Positions 30,968-42,469 are shown, counted from the first letter of the stretch. The stretch: 64,000 bases of DNA from an uncultured Methanomicrobiaceae archaeon (GCA_963826525.1 CAWGXH010000004.1:864001-928000), one strand, 5' to 3'. The notes: generated from the sequence alone by a model not told the origin. A program made the numbers and translations.

Positions 30968-32918
30968 ACGGATGCGCAGGCTGCTCATTGCGGCTCCGAA
31001 AGGGCAGATCGATGCCGTGATCGCAACGCTCTACCGACACAATGCCTATCATATCGAAGATTTTGTGCCGGAGAGCGAGGCGGCCGTACCGATCAAGATC
31101 GGTATGCCCCGTCCGGGAGCGAGTGAAGCAGCTTCCGCGCTGGTTAAACTCAGAGCCATCGAGAATGCATGCGGGATCAACCCCGATGAAGTGGCGGTCA
31201 AGCAGAAGATCCCCGCCTCAAAGGTGCGATCCATCATCGAGCGTGATCTCCCTCCCCTTCAGCATGAAGTGGAGGAGCTTCTCGCCGAGCGGTCGAGACT
31301 GGAGACGAAACAGAAAGAGTGCGAGCAGCGGGAACGCGAGCTCGAGCCGTTTGCAGCGGTTCCTCTTGAGATGGAACTGTACCGCGGGTACGAGCGTTTT
31401 TCCGTTTTTGCAGGACATATCGCAAAAGATGTCCAGATTGCCGTTCCCCATGAGAAATATTTTTCCGACAAGGTTACCGGCAACATCATTGTTGTGATAG
31501 TCCAGAGCAGCGACCGCGAAGCGGTTGAGCGCACGCTTCTGGATGCCGGATTCCAGGCAGTCCCGATACCTGATGAGACAGGCTCTCCGAAGAGCCGCAT
31601 CGATCACTACACCGGAGAGGCCAAGCGGCTTGAAGGTGAGATCTCGAACATTAACCGGCGTATTCAAGATATCAAAACCCAGCACTATGAAACCCTGGTA
31701 GCATGCGATGAACTACTCACGGCTGATGTAGAGCGGGCGGAAGCCCCGTTGCGATTTGCTACCACGGAAGAGACGTTCGTCACGGAAGGATGGGTGCCCG
31801 CGACCGATGCAGAGAAGGTCAAAGAGGCACTGGTCCGGGCCACCGGTGGGAAGGTCTACGTCACTGAGCTGGAGATTGAGCACCCGAACGATGTGCCGGT
31901 CGAGTACCAGAACCCGTCATTTGCGAAGCCGTCGCAGGTTTTCATGGATCTCTACTCCCGTCCCATATACACCGAGGTTGACCCGACCCTGACGGTGTCG
32001 ATAGTCTTCCCGATCTTCTTTGGACTGATCCTCGGTGATGTCGGGTACGGGTTGATCCTGCTCCTGCTTGCGTTCGGCCTGCGCAAGATCTTCACGTCTG
32101 TAGAGGGTCGTCAACTTCTGATCTCGCTACGGAACGCCAGTATCGCGAGTATCATCTTCGGCCTGTTATTCAGCGAGATCATTGGCTTTCCGCTCCCGTG
32201 GGCGCCGGTCATCTACAGCCGCCACCTCAACATAGGCGGTCATGCTTCGGAGCATGGAGCGCAGGTTGCGGAGCTGCTGATCATCTCTATCTGGATTGGT
32301 ATTCTGCATATCACGTTCGGACGCATTCTTGGAATTCTCAATGCCAAGACCGTGTACCATGGCAAACACGCGAGGCAGGCAATGCTCTCAAACGCCGGAT
32401 GGCTCGGCGTCATGTGGGGTATTCTTCTGATGATCTGGTCTCTGTACGCAATTCCGCTGATGCCCGATCTCTCCGGGCTTCCCGCGATTGTCATGGGCCT
32501 GAATGCGGCGGCCATCCTTGGTGCCGTGCTCCTGTTAGGAGGCATCATCGCCATCGCCCAGGAGAATGCACTCGAAGTAATTGAAATCCCGACCATCATC
32601 AGCCACGTGCTCTCCTATGCACGTCTGACCGCGGTGGGGCTTTCGTCGGTTGCCATCGCAATGGTGGTCAACTACATCGCCATCGACCTGATGATCGACC
32701 CGCAGCTCGAAGAACTCAGCATTGTCGGTGTCCTCATCATCATCGTCGGTATCCTTGTCTTCCTCCTCGGACATACGCTGAACACGGCGCTTGGTATCCT
32801 TGGCGGCGGACTGAACTCTATTCGTCTTCACTATGTCGAATTCTTCACCAAATTCTACAAAGGTGGAGGAAAGAAGTACAATCCCTTTGGAATGGAACAG
32901 AAATTTACGGAGGAATAA
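30954..32918 (+). CDS. atpI: A1Ao ATP synthase subunit I (a)
   Basis: EVDPT, FFGLILGDVGYG, LSYARLTAVG, IRLHYVEFFTKFY. Confidence 0.96.
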   Translation: MLRPERMRRLLIAAPKGQIDAVIATLYRHNAYHIEDFVPESEAAVPIKIGMPRPGASEAASALVKLRAIENACGINPDEVAVKQKIPASKVRSIIERDLPPLQHEVEELLAERSRLETKQKECEQRERELEPFAAVPLEMELYRGYERFSVFAGHIAKDVQIAVPHEKYFSDKVTGNIIVVIVQSSDREAVERTLLDAGFQAVPIPDETGSPKSRIDHYTGEAKRLEGEISNINRRIQDIKTQHYETLVACDELLTADVERAEAPLRFATTEETFVTEGWVPATDAEKVKEALVRATGGKVYVTELEIEHPNDVPVEYQNPSFAKPSQVFMDLYSRPIYTEVDPTLTVSIVFPIFFGLILGDVGYGLILLLLAFGLRKIFTSVEGRQLLISLRNASIASIIFGLLFSEIIGFPLPWAPVIYSRHLNIGGHASEHGAQVAELLIISIWIGILHITFGRILGILNAKTVYHGKHARQAMLSNAGWLGVMWGILLMIWSLYAIPLMPDLSGLPAIVMGLNAAAILGAVLLLGGIIAIAQENALEVIEIPTIISHVLSYARLTAVGLSSVAIAMVVNYIAIDLMIDPQLEELSIVGVLIIIVGILVFLLGHTLNTALGILGGGLNSIRLHYVEFFTKFYKGGGKKYNPFGMEQKFTEE

Positions 32919-32920
32919 AA

Positions 32921-33178
32921 ATGGTAGATTTTGGCACAGCAGAACTTACTCTTGAAATGGTTCAGGCATCGCAGGTTGGTCTCAAGGCAGTCGGTGCAGG
33001 TCTCGCAGTAGGCCTTGCCGGCGTCGGTACTGGTCTCGGTGAGATGGGTATCGGTGCTGCCGCAGTTGGTGCGACGGCAGAGAACAAGGATATGTTCGGT
33101 CTGGCACTGCTCTTCACGGTCATTCCTGAGACTATCGTCATCTTCGGTCTTGTGGTCGCACTGCTGCTTCTGTTCTGA
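32921..33178 (+). CDS. atpK: A1Ao ATP synthase subunit K (c, proteolipid), single hairpin
   Basis: GAGLAVGLAGVGTGLGEMGIG and IPETIVIFG. Confidence 0.95.
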   Translation: MVDFGTAELTLEMVQASQVGLKAVGAGLAVGLAGVGTGLGEMGIGAAAVGATAENKDMFGLALLFTVIPETIVIFGLVVALLLLF

Positions 33179-33189
33179 TGGAGTGAACC

Positions 33190-33769
33190 ATGGGACTTGA
33201 AGCTGTCGTCGATGAGATCAGGGAAAAAGGGCGAAGAGAGGTAGAGGCGATCCGGGCAGAGACCCGCAAAGACGTCGACGAGATTCTGCGTAACGCCCAG
33301 GGGCGTGCAGAATCCATCAAACTCGCCGCAGAGGAGGACGCTGAGCGCCAGGCGGCTCACATTGTGAACCAGGAGGTCTCCGCGGCAAACCTCATCGTCA
33401 AGCGGCAGGTCTTGAACGCCCAGAAGAAACTCCTTGATCAGGTCTATCAGGCCTCATTAGCCGCTGTCAGGGATCTCCCGGCAGATTTCCATAAGAAGGC
33501 TCTTGCCGGACTGCTCGAACAGGCAGCAGAAGAGATCGACGAGGGTGTGGTGCACTGCAATGAGCGGGATATCCCGGTGCTGCAGGATATCATCTCCTCA
33601 TCAAAAACCCTGAAGGGCTACAGCGTGGGTACGGCGGTCGATATCCCCGGCGGTATCATCGTCGAGAGTACGGATGGCGAGCTGCAGATCGACTACAGTT
33701 ACCGGACGTTTCTGAATGATGTATGGGAATCAGCAGCTGAAGGATGCATCTGATATCCTGTTCGGGTGA
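33190..33769 (+). CDS. atpE: A1Ao ATP synthase subunit E; frameshift near 33733
   Basis: MGLEAVVDEI, GGIIVES, IDYSY. Shifting frame restores LKDASDILFG*. Confidence 0.93.
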
Positions 33770-33781
33770 GGAGGCTCGGAG

Positions 33782-34837
33782 ATGGCAGAGATAAGTAGCG
33801 GATCGGCGCAGTACATTTACGTCTGCACCCGCATGCGGGTCCGGCGTTCGCAGCTGATACCGCGTGAGGATTATCTCCGCATGCTGAATATGAGCCTGCC
33901 TGAGATCACCCGGTTTATCGAAGATACCGGATACAAGGCCGAGATCGACGAGCTTGCTACCGCATTCTCCGGTATCGACCTCGTCGAGGTGGCCTTAAGC
34001 TGGAACCTTGCCAAAGAGTACCAGAACATCCTGAACATCACGCCCGGAAACCTGATGCGGTTCACCGCGAGTTACCTCCGGCGCTGGGATATCCAGAACG
34101 TTCTCACCATACTCCGTGGGAAGGCCCAGGGCATGTCTGCAGGGAAGATCCGCGAGGTTCTGATCCCTGCCGGTGCTCTCGATCGGGTATTCCTCGATCG
34201 CCTGCTCGTGGAAGACTCTCCTGAGCGGATCATCGAGGCTCTCAAGGGCACACGCCTCTATCCGGTGCTGGAGCGGGAGTTCCCCCGGGCACTTGAGACC
34301 GGTTCGTTTGCCCGCCTCGAGAACGAGCTCTACAAGGGCTACTACGAGCGTCTCCTCGCCGAGACGAAAGGTGGTGTCAAGGGTGGCCGGGTCTTCAGAA
34401 GTTATGTTCAGCTCGAGATCGATATCCGGAATATCCAGAACCTCTTCCGCCTTCGGGCACAGCGTGTCACGGAAGATGTGCGGGATATGATGATCCCCGG
34501 CGGTTCGTTCACGGTTGACGAGCTGCAACGGCTCGCTCTCGTCGAGAGCCGCGATGAGTTCATCGATGCCGTGAAGAAACAGGTGACGCTCCCTCCGCTG
34601 CTCCTCACACTTGAGGAGCTTCGGGGCGTCCGGTCGACTCATGAGGCGGAGATCGGACTTACCCGGGTCCAGCTGGAGCAGATGGATCGGATGTCCAAGC
34701 GATATCCCTTCTCAATCACTCCGATTCTGGCCTACCTTGAGCAGAAGAAGTACGAGGTTGCAAACCTGCGTGCACTTGCCCGAGGTAAGGAGGCGAACCT
34801 CCCGAGCGAGCGGATACAGGGCTATCTGGTGATGTAA
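33782..34837 (+). CDS. atpC: A1Ao ATP synthase subunit C
   Basis: RWDIQNVLTILRGK, EIDIRNI, YEVANLRALARGK. Confidence 0.95.
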   Translation: MAEISSGSAQYIYVCTRMRVRRSQLIPREDYLRMLNMSLPEITRFIEDTGYKAEIDELATAFSGIDLVEVALSWNLAKEYQNILNITPGNLMRFTASYLRRWDIQNVLTILRGKAQGMSAGKIREVLIPAGALDRVFLDRLLVEDSPERIIEALKGTRLYPVLEREFPRALETGSFARLENELYKGYYERLLAETKGGVKGGRVFRSYVQLEIDIRNIQNLFRLRAQRVTEDVRDMMIPGGSFTVDELQRLALVESRDEFIDAVKKQVTLPPLLLTLEELRGVRSTHEAEIGLTRVQLEQMDRMSKRYPFSITPILAYLEQKKYEVANLRALARGKEANLPSERIQGYLVM

Positions 34838-35140
34838 ATGGAGATCGCAGTAATCGGAAACAGCGAATTCATCCTCGGGTTCCGGCTCGCCGGCGTGCAG
34901 AAGACGTACGCCGCCGAGACCGACGAGCGACTGATCGACTACATCAACCGGGTGCTTGGAGATAAGGAAGTCGGCATCCTCGTCCTGGAAGGCAAAAATA
35001 TGGAGCGGATCCCCCAGAGGCTCCGCACCACCCTTGAAAACTCCGTGAAACCGACCGTGATCACGATCGGCGGAGGAGAGGGTGGCCTGTCCATGCGAGA
35101 GAGAATTAAGAGATCGGTGGGTGTTGATCTGTGGAAGTAA
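34838..35140 (+). CDS. atpF: A1Ao ATP synthase subunit F
   Basis: IAVIG...[17 protein letters not shown]. Confidence 0.95.
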   Translation: MEIAVIGNSEFILGFRLAGVQKTYAAETDERLIDYINRVLGDKEVGILVLEGKNMERIPQRLRTTLENSVKPTVITIGGGEGGLSMRERIKRSVGVDLWK

Positions 35141-36895
35141 TAGAGAAAGCAACTGAAACAAGAGGAAAGGGTGTCCTGAAACGAATTTCGGGCCCTGTGG
35201 TCACCGCGGTCGGCCTGGATGCGCACATGTACGATGTGGTGAAGGTCGGCGTCGAGGAGCTGATGGGGGAGGTCATCAAGATCCAGCGTGAGAACGTCAT
35301 TATCCAGGTCTACGAGGATACCTCCGGTATCAAGCCCGGCGAGCCTGTCGAGAACACCGGCCTGTCACTGGCGGTCGAGCTCGGCCCCGGTCTTCTGACC
35401 AGTATCTACGACGGTATTCAGCGTCCCCTTGAGGTGCTTGTTGACAAGATGGGCAACTTCATCGAGCGCGGTGTCTCCGCACCGGGTCTCTCTCACGAGA
35501 AGAAGTGGGAGTTTAAGCCGCTCGTTAAGCAGGGCGACATGGTCGGCCCCGGCGAGGTCATCGGCGAGGTCCAGGAGACGAATATCGTCCACAAGATCAT
35601 GGTGCCGCCGAACAGGAAGGGCGGGAAGATCAAGAGTATCCAGTCCGGCAGCTATACCGTCGACGAGACGGTCTGCGTGTTTGAGGACGGAACCGAGATG
35701 ACCATGATGCAGCGCTGGCCTGTCCGTGTCCCGCGCCCGGTTGCCGTGAAGATGAACCCCGACATTCCGCTGATCACCGGTCAGCGAATTCTCGATGGTC
35801 TCTTCCCGATCGCAAAGGGCGGAACGGCCGCTATCCCGGGTCCTTTCGGCAGCGGCAAGACGGTCACCCAGCAGCAGCTTGCGAAGTGGTCCGACGCCGA
35901 GATCGTGGTCTACATCGGCTGCGGTGAGCGCGGTAACGAGATGACCGAGGTTCTGACGGAGTTCCCGGAGCTCGAGGACCCGAAGACCGGCAAGCCGCTG
36001 ATGGAGCGGACGGTGCTGATCGCAAACACCTCGAACATGCCCGTGGCAGCCCGTGAGGCATCCGTCTATACGGGCATAACCATCGCGGAGTACTTCCGTG
36101 ACATGGGTTACGACGTCTCCCTGATGGCCGACTCGACCTCACGTTGGGCGGAAGCGATGCGTGAGATCTCGTCCCGGCTTGAGGAGATGCCCGGTGAGGA
36201 AGGGTACCCTGCATATCTTGCGGCACGCCTCTCGGAATTCTACGAGCGTGCAGGCCTCGTCAAGACGCTGAGCAACGAGAAGGGTTCTGTCTCGGTTATC
36301 GGTGCGGTCTCGCCACCCGGCGGTGACTTCTCCGAGCCGGTTACGCAGAATACTCTCCGTATCGTAAAGGTCTTCTGGGCACTTGACGCCAAGCTCTCGC
36401 AGCGTCGTCACTTCCCGGCCATCAACTGGTTGAACTCCTACTCACTCTACCTGGACACGCTCCACGACTGGTACGACCGTGAGGTCTCTCCTGAGTGGAA
36501 TTCCTTACGCTCATGGGCGATGGAGGTCCTCCAGAAAGAGGCCGAGCTCCAGGAGATCGTCCAGCTGGTCGGATCCGATGCATTGCCCGACGAGGAGCAG
36601 ATCACCATCGAGGTTGCCAGGATGATCCGTGAGATCTTCCTCCAGCAGAATGCCTACGATGCGGTCGATACCTTCTGTCCGATGTCCAAGCAGTACGACA
36701 TGATGAAGGCGATCAAGACCTACGCCGATCTTGCCCGCGCCGCACAGGCAGCAGGCGCGACCCCGCAGCAGGTCATCAGCGTGAAGACGAAGAACGAGCT
36801 TCCGCAGATCAAGTTCATCAAGGACTATGAGCCCGTTCTTGCGAAGATCATGAAGGACATGGAAGTCTGAATTCAACACACTGAGGGCGGCTTAA
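35131..36895 (+). CDS. atpA: A1Ao ATP synthase subunit A, no intein; frameshift near 36866
   Basis: [29 protein letters not shown]. Removing one base gives ...[12 protein letters not shown]. Confidence 0.97.
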
Positions 36896-36896
36896 C

Positions 36897-38282
36897 ATGA
36901 AGGAGTACAGAACGGTAACACAGATTGCGGGCCCTCTTGTCTTTGTCGAGAAGACCGAACCGATCGGCTACGGTGAACTCGTCAATATCTCCCTCGCTGA
37001 CGGAACGATGAAGCGCGGGCAGGTTCTCGATACCAGCGACGACCTTGTCGTGGTGCAGGTCTTCGAAACCACCGCAGGTATCGGCAGGGACAGCGGTATC
37101 CGCTTCACCGGCGAGACGATCAAGATGCCGGTAGGTAAAGAGATGCTCGGCCGAATCCTCTCCGGAGGCGGTAAACCGATCGACGGCGGTCCCGAGATCG
37201 TCCCCGAGAAGCGCCTTGATATCACCGGCGCTGCCATCAACCCCTATGCGCGGAGCTCCCCGGAGGATTTCATCCAGACCGGTATCTCCACGATCGACGG
37301 CACCAATACCCTCGTCCGTGGTCAGAAGCTCCCGATCTTCTCGGGTTCCGGTCTCCCGCACAACGATGTGGCGCTGCAGATCGCCCGTCAGGCGAAGGTG
37401 CCCGGTTCTACGGAAGAATTTGCCGTGGTCTTCGCTGCGATGGGTATCACCCGTGAAGAGGCCAACTACTTCATGGCCGACTTTGAGAAGACCGGGGCAC
37501 TCGAGCGTGCCGTCGTCTTCTTAAACCTTGCAGACGACCCGGCAGTCGAGCGTATCATCACGCCGCGGCTGGCACTCACGACCGCAGAATACCTGGCATT
37601 CGAACTTGGATACCACGTGCTGGTTATCCTGACCGATATGACCAACTACTGCGAGGCGCTCCGTCAGATCGGTGCCGCTCGTGAGGAAGTGCCCGGCCGT
37701 CGTGGGTATCCGGGATACATGTACACCGACCTTGCCAGCATCTACGAGCGTGCCGGTATCATCAAGGGCGTCAAGGGCTCTGTAACCCAGATTCCGATCC
37801 TGACGATGCCGGGTGACGATATCACGCACCCGATCCCCGACCTGACTGGGTACATCACCGAGGGTCAGATCGTGGTCAACCGTGATCTGCACCGGAAGGG
37901 TATCTACCCGCCCATCAACGTACTGCCGTCCCTCTCCCGTCTGATGAACCTCGGTATCGGCAAGGGCCATACCCGCGAAGATCACAAGAAGGTCTCCGAC
38001 CAGCTCTATGCAGCCTATGCAGAGGGTAACGATCTGCGCGGCCTTGTGGCCATCGTCGGTAAGGACGCACTCTCGGAGCGCGACAGGACGTTCCTTGAGT
38101 TTGCCGATCTCTTCGAAGACCGGTTCGTCCGCCAGGGACTCTACGTGGACCGGACGATCGAGGAGACGCTCGACACCGGCTGGGAACTCCTGGCAACGCT
38201 GCCGGAAGAGCAGCTCGTGCGTATCGACCGCGAACTGATCCAGAAGTATCACCCGAAGTACCGGAAGAAAGTGCAGGGGTAA
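36897..38282 (+). CDS. atpB: A1Ao ATP synthase subunit B
   Basis: [43 protein letters not shown]. Confidence 0.97.
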   Translation: MKEYRTVTQIAGPLVFVEKTEPIGYGELVNISLADGTMKRGQVLDTSDDLVVVQVFETTAGIGRDSGIRFTGETIKMPVGKEMLGRILSGGGKPIDGGPEIVPEKRLDITGAAINPYARSSPEDFIQTGISTIDGTNTLVRGQKLPIFSGSGLPHNDVALQIARQAKVPGSTEEFAVVFAAMGITREEANYFMADFEKTGALERAVVFLNLADDPAVERIITPRLALTTAEYLAFELGYHVLVILTDMTNYCEALRQIGAAREEVPGRRGYPGYMYTDLASIYERAGIIKGVKGSVTQIPILTMPGDDITHPIPDLTGYITEGQIVVNRDLHRKGIYPPINVLPSLSRLMNLGIGKGHTREDHKKVSDQLYAAYAEGNDLRGLVAIVGKDALSERDRTFLEFADLFEDRFVRQGLYVDRTIEETLDTGWELLATLPEEQLVRIDRELIQKYHPKYRKKVQG

Positions 38283-38288
38283 GTATCC

Positions 38289-38918
38289 ATGGCGCTGCGA
38301 GACCTCAAGCCAACCCGTTCCGAGCTGATCAGCATCAAGCGGCGGATCAAGCTCTCGGAGCGTGGCTACAACATCCTCAAGATGAAGCGCGATGGACTGA
38401 TCCTTGAATTCTTCAAAGTGCTGCAGCAGGCGAAAGACAGCCGCGGCGCAATGCAGGAACGCTACCAGAGGGCGGTCGAGATGATCGCCCTCGCCAATAC
38501 CGTCGAGGGTGCGATCGGTGTGAAATCCGCCGCATTCTCGGCCGCGGATGTTCCGCAGATCACGCTCATGAGCAAGAACATCATGGGTGTGGTCGTGCCG
38601 GAGATAGAGTCTTCATCCGTCCGGAAGAACCTGACCGAACGCGGGTACGGCGTCCTCGGCACCTCGTCGGTCATCGACGAGACGGCGGAGGCGTTTGAGG
38701 AGCTGCTCGAGAGCATCATCGAGGCGGCGGAGATCGAGACGACGATGAAGCGGCTGCTCGACGAGATCGAGAGCACAAAGCGGCGTGTGAACGCCCTGGA
38801 GTTCAAAGTCATCCCCGAACTTTCCGAAGCCAGAGACTTCATCAAGATGCGGCTCGATGAGATGGAACGTGAAGAGCTCTTCCGCCTGAAAAAGATTAAG
38901 GCTCGAAGCTCCGCATAG
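38289..38918 (+). CDS. atpD: A1Ao ATP synthase subunit D
   Basis: KPTRSEL, LKMKRDGL, TKRRVNALE, EREELFRLK. Confidence 0.96.
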   Translation: MALRDLKPTRSELISIKRRIKLSERGYNILKMKRDGLILEFFKVLQQAKDSRGAMQERYQRAVEMIALANTVEGAIGVKSAAFSAADVPQITLMSKNIMGVVVPEIESSSVRKNLTERGYGVLGTSSVIDETAEAFEELLESIIEAAEIETTMKRLLDEIESTKRRVNALEFKVIPELSEARDFIKMRLDEMEREELFRLKKIKARSSA

Positions 38919-38935
38919 AGTACAGGTGATGTCCG

Positions 38936-40150
38936 TTGGAGATCGGCACAATGGGTGATATGGGGAGTCGGAGCGGAACGGTCATGCTCCGTGTCGACTT
39001 CAATTCCCCTATCGATCCCTCTTCTCATCTTATTCTTGACGATAAACGGTTTCGGGAGCATCTACCGACGGTTCAGGCGCTCGAAGATACGAAACTCGTC
39101 GTCCTCACGCACCAGAGCCGCCCGGGAAAGAAGGATTTTACCGCCCTCGAGGCGCATGCGGAGAAGCTGGAACGGCTCAGCGGCCGTCCCGTAACATACA
39201 TCGACGATATCTTCGGGTCGTGTGCACGGGAGACTATCCGTGGCATGAAGCGGGGAGATATCGTGATGCTCGAGAACCTCCGGTTCAATGCCGAAGAGAA
39301 TTTAACGCTCAAGCCGGAGGAGGCGAAGAAGACCATTCTTGTCCGGAAATTGGCAGCCATGGCGGATTTGTACGTGAACGATGCCTTCGGCACGGCACAC
39401 CGCTCACAGCCCTCGATCGTGGGATTGCCGCTCGCCGTAAAGACTGTTGCCGGCCTCCTTATGGAGCGGGAGGTCGCTTCGCTCTCCCGCGTCTTTTCCG
39501 GCGCTCCACGCCCGGTGACGTTCGTTCTCGGCGGGACGAAGGTAGATGACTCCGTTAAGGTTGCGGAAAACGTGCTCTCGAACGGGATTGCCGACCAGGT
39601 GGTCGTGACCGGTGTCGTCGCGAACGTCTTTTTGATGGCAGAAGGCTACGATATCGGCAGGCCGTCGACCCAGCTCATCGAGCAGCTCAAGTACTGCGGC
39701 GAGGCGGTGAGAGCACGGCAGCTGCTGGCAGAGTATCCGGGTCGCATCCTGATCCCGGAGACGGTTGCTGTTCGGGAAAGCGACGTCCGTGAAGAGTATC
39801 CGGTCGATGCAATCCCTGCCAATGCACCGGTGCTCGACCTCGGCGCCGAGTCGGCTGCGACGCTTGCGGCACGAATCCGGGAATCAGGAACGGTTGTCTT
39901 GAACGGTCCTGCCGGACTCTTTGAGGAGGAGGCATTTGCAGCCGGGACGTTCGAGATTGTCAGGGCAGCATCTACTGTGGAGTTCTCGGTGGTCGGCGGC
40001 GGTCACACCGCGGTTGCCATTGAGAAACTCGATCTTGAGGATGCGTTTACTCATATCTCAACCGGCGGTGGGGCGTGCATCGAGTTCCTGACCGGGAAGA
40101 AGCTCCCCGCCATCAGGGCGATGGAGATGTCGCGAGAGATCTTCGGGTGA
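38936..40150 (+). CDS. pgk: Phosphoglycerate kinase
   Basis: LRVDFNSP, HQSRPG, LENLRF, NDAFGTAHR, GGTKV, NGPAGLFE, GGGHT, HISTGGGA. Confidence 0.96.
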   Translation: MEIGTMGDMGSRSGTVMLRVDFNSPIDPSSHLILDDKRFREHLPTVQALEDTKLVVLTHQSRPGKKDFTALEAHAEKLERLSGRPVTYIDDIFGSCARETIRGMKRGDIVMLENLRFNAEENLTLKPEEAKKTILVRKLAAMADLYVNDAFGTAHRSQPSIVGLPLAVKTVAGLLMEREVASLSRVFSGAPRPVTFVLGGTKVDDSVKVAENVLSNGIADQVVVTGVVANVFLMAEGYDIGRPSTQLIEQLKYCGEAVRARQLLAEYPGRILIPETVAVRESDVREEYPVDAIPANAPVLDLGAESAATLAARIRESGTVVLNGPAGLFEEEAFAAGTFEIVRAASTVEFSVVGGGHTAVAIEKLDLEDAFTHISTGGGACIEFLTGKKLPAIRAMEMSREIFG

Positions 40151-40211
40151 GCCTAGGCTCACCTCCGGTTTTTCTTCCGTATCGCGGCGCACAAAAAAGA
40201 GTCGATGACAT

Positions 40212-41111
40212 ATGAGTTCTCTATCTGCACGACCGTTTCTGAAGTGGGCGGGGGGAAAGACGCAGCTTCTGGATACGCTGGTGCCCCGGCTTCCAACCGG
40301 CCATGGTTCAGGGCCCATCCGACGGTACATCGAGCCCTTTCTCGGGGGCGGAGCGGTTTTTTTGCAGTCGCAGGGGGGTATGATGTTGAAGAGAGTTTCC
40401 TTTTCGATGTCAATGCGGAGCTTGTGCTCATCTACCGTGCCGTGTAGCAGGATGTCGAAGGACTGATTGAAGAACTCCGTGTTCTTGAGGCCGCGTATCT
40501 GCCGCTTTCCGATGAAGAACAGCGAGGCTTTTACTACAGCCAGCGCGACCGATTCAATCATGCGGGGCGGTCTTCGGACTATAATCTCTCTAACCGGGCT
40601 GCAATGTTCCTTTTTCCGAACCGAACCTGCTTCAACGGCCTCTTCCGGGTCAACTCACACGGCCGGTTCAACGTTCCTCAGGGGCGCTACCATAACCCTC
40701 CGTATCCTCATGCGGAGAATCTCCGGGCGGTCTCCGGACTCCTTGCACGGGTGACGATCCGGCAGGGAGACTTTACGGAATCGCTTCCCTTCGTCGACGA
40801 ACAGACTTTCATCTATATCGACCCGCCATATCGGCCGCTCTCGACCACCGCGAAGTTCACGTCGTACGCCAAAAATACGTTTACCGATGCCGATCAGATC
40901 CGGCTCGCGGGATTCTGCAGGAAGGTAGATGTTGCCGGTGCACGGTTCATGCTCAGCAACTCCGATCCCCGCAATACCGATCCCGGCGATTCGTTCTTTG
41001 ATGACCTCTATAGGGGATTTTCTATTGAACGTGTCTCTGCCCGGCGTGCCATCAACAGGAACGGAAGTGGGCGGTGCAGCCTCACCGAGATCGTCGTGAC
41101 GAAACTTCTGA
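40212..41111 (+). pseudogene. Dam/D12-class N6-adenine DNA methyltransferase, disrupted (frameshift near 40360-40380, in-frame TAG 40445-40447)
   Basis: [20 protein letters not shown] (motif I), NRTCFNGLFRVN, FNVP, YIDPPY (motif IV), FTSY, MLSNS. Confidence 0.85.
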
Positions 41112-41570
41112 CTCCCGGAGTGGAATGTCTGCGGCGCTCGTCAGTTATGCTGAAAGAAAGGGTTTGGGGTAGAGACCAGCACCCGGGAGGTACCTGTGTG
41201 GCCCGGCGTTGTACTGAAAGTCCTGTTCTCTGAGTCGGTGTGGTGTAGGGATTGCTGAACGCTGATGTACCGTTCGGACATCGAATCGCTGGATTGGTAG
41301 TGGTATTGAACTCTGATTGATGAGTGTATCAGTGATAGGGTGTGGAAACTGAAACACACGGGTGCGGTCGTACCCTGAACTACTATTTATTATCTGTATT
41401 ATATAATGCCGACCCATTATTGTATCTCTTTATATTTGTCTCAGAATAAAAATTAGTGCCTCTGGAAGTGTCGGTGGTACAAATAAACTCTATCAAACGA
41501 CTTGCTTGTGGACACAACAACTTTATATTCTGCAGTGCAGTTATGGCCGCCGGGCACTGCTGGACTCGTG

Positions 41571-42428
41571 CTACTCACGGAGCAGTGCTATCCGTGACCC
41601 GACGGGGACGCCCACATCCCGGGCGATCGGTTCGCATTTCACCGACATCATATACGCGACCGGGGGGAGATCGGTATAGTCTGAGAGCGACTCGTAGTTC
41701 GCCATACCCTTGGCGATGACGATCGTGCAGCGATCAAGCGCACCCGCGAGATCGGGAGGGATGAGGTCCCTATTGAGGCCGAGCTCTGCGATGCCGTCGC
41801 TCGTCGTGGTCAGGAGATCTGCCCGGCGGTCGATGCCAAGGTCTCGCGCGTCGGTGAGCGTTGCATCGTTCAGGATGGGAGCTCCCCGCACGGCGAGGGT
41901 GACCTCGGCACCGTGCGCTTTGAGGTAGTCGACGAGAAGGGTATCAAAGACGATCTCACCGCAGTTATCGGCGAGATAGACGACCCGGGAGGTGAGCGTC
42001 TCGATCGCATCGGTGTCGTCGATGGAGAGCCCTGCCGAGAACTCCCGCCTGAAGAACTCAACGAAGTTATCGGTGACCGTATGCGCCATCGAGCCGTAGT
42101 CCAGCGTGTTGCCGATGATGGCGGCGAGCGCGCGGTCCCGGAATGTCGACAGGTCTCCCCTGATCTGTTGGCATACGCCGATGGCATCGCTGTTGTTGGC
42201 CCGTTTCAGTGAGCGGTAGGGATCGGCATCCCCGGCCATCCGGTAGGCGAGCCGGTGAACCTGGCTTGCGATCACCGGTGCCGGAACAGGCAGGTCGTGC
42301 AGCGTGGCAAGCAGCGCGCGGCAGGCCTCGACGATCTCTCCGATCCGATCTTCGTCCGACGTCACCAACCGTGATTCGTATGCCACACGGGAAAGGAGAC
42401 ACTCGGTGCATCCGGGCTTGAATCTCAT
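41571..42428 (-). CDS. DUF89/ARMT1-like damage-control phosphatase
   Basis: CTECL, DPYRSLK, GNTLDYG, ADNCGE, PILNDAT, AKGMANYESL, VKCEPIA. Confidence 0.9.
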   Translation of the reverse strand: MRFKPGCTECLLSRVAYESRLVTSDEDRIGEIVEACRALLATLHDLPVPAPVIASQVHRLAYRMAGDADPYRSLKRANNSDAIGVCQQIRGDLSTFRDRALAAIIGNTLDYGSMAHTVTDNFVEFFRREFSAGLSIDDTDAIETLTSRVVYLADNCGEIVFDTLLVDYLKAHGAEVTLAVRGAPILNDATLTDARDLGIDRRADLLTTTSDGIAELGLNRDLIPPDLAGALDRCTIVIAKGMANYESLSDYTDLPPVAYMMSVKCEPIARDVGVPVGSRIALLRE

Positions 42429-42469
42429 GATCGTACTGATCGAACCTTGAGCAACAAAAAAGGTGTCAA

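Noticed and set aside
23721-40447. In-frame TAG codons in the yqhA-like and dam-like genes as pyrrolysine read-through
   Set aside because: Each is one transition away from TGG or CAG, both genes carry additional frameshifts, no pyl genes are in the window, and Methanomicrobiales are not known Pyl users.
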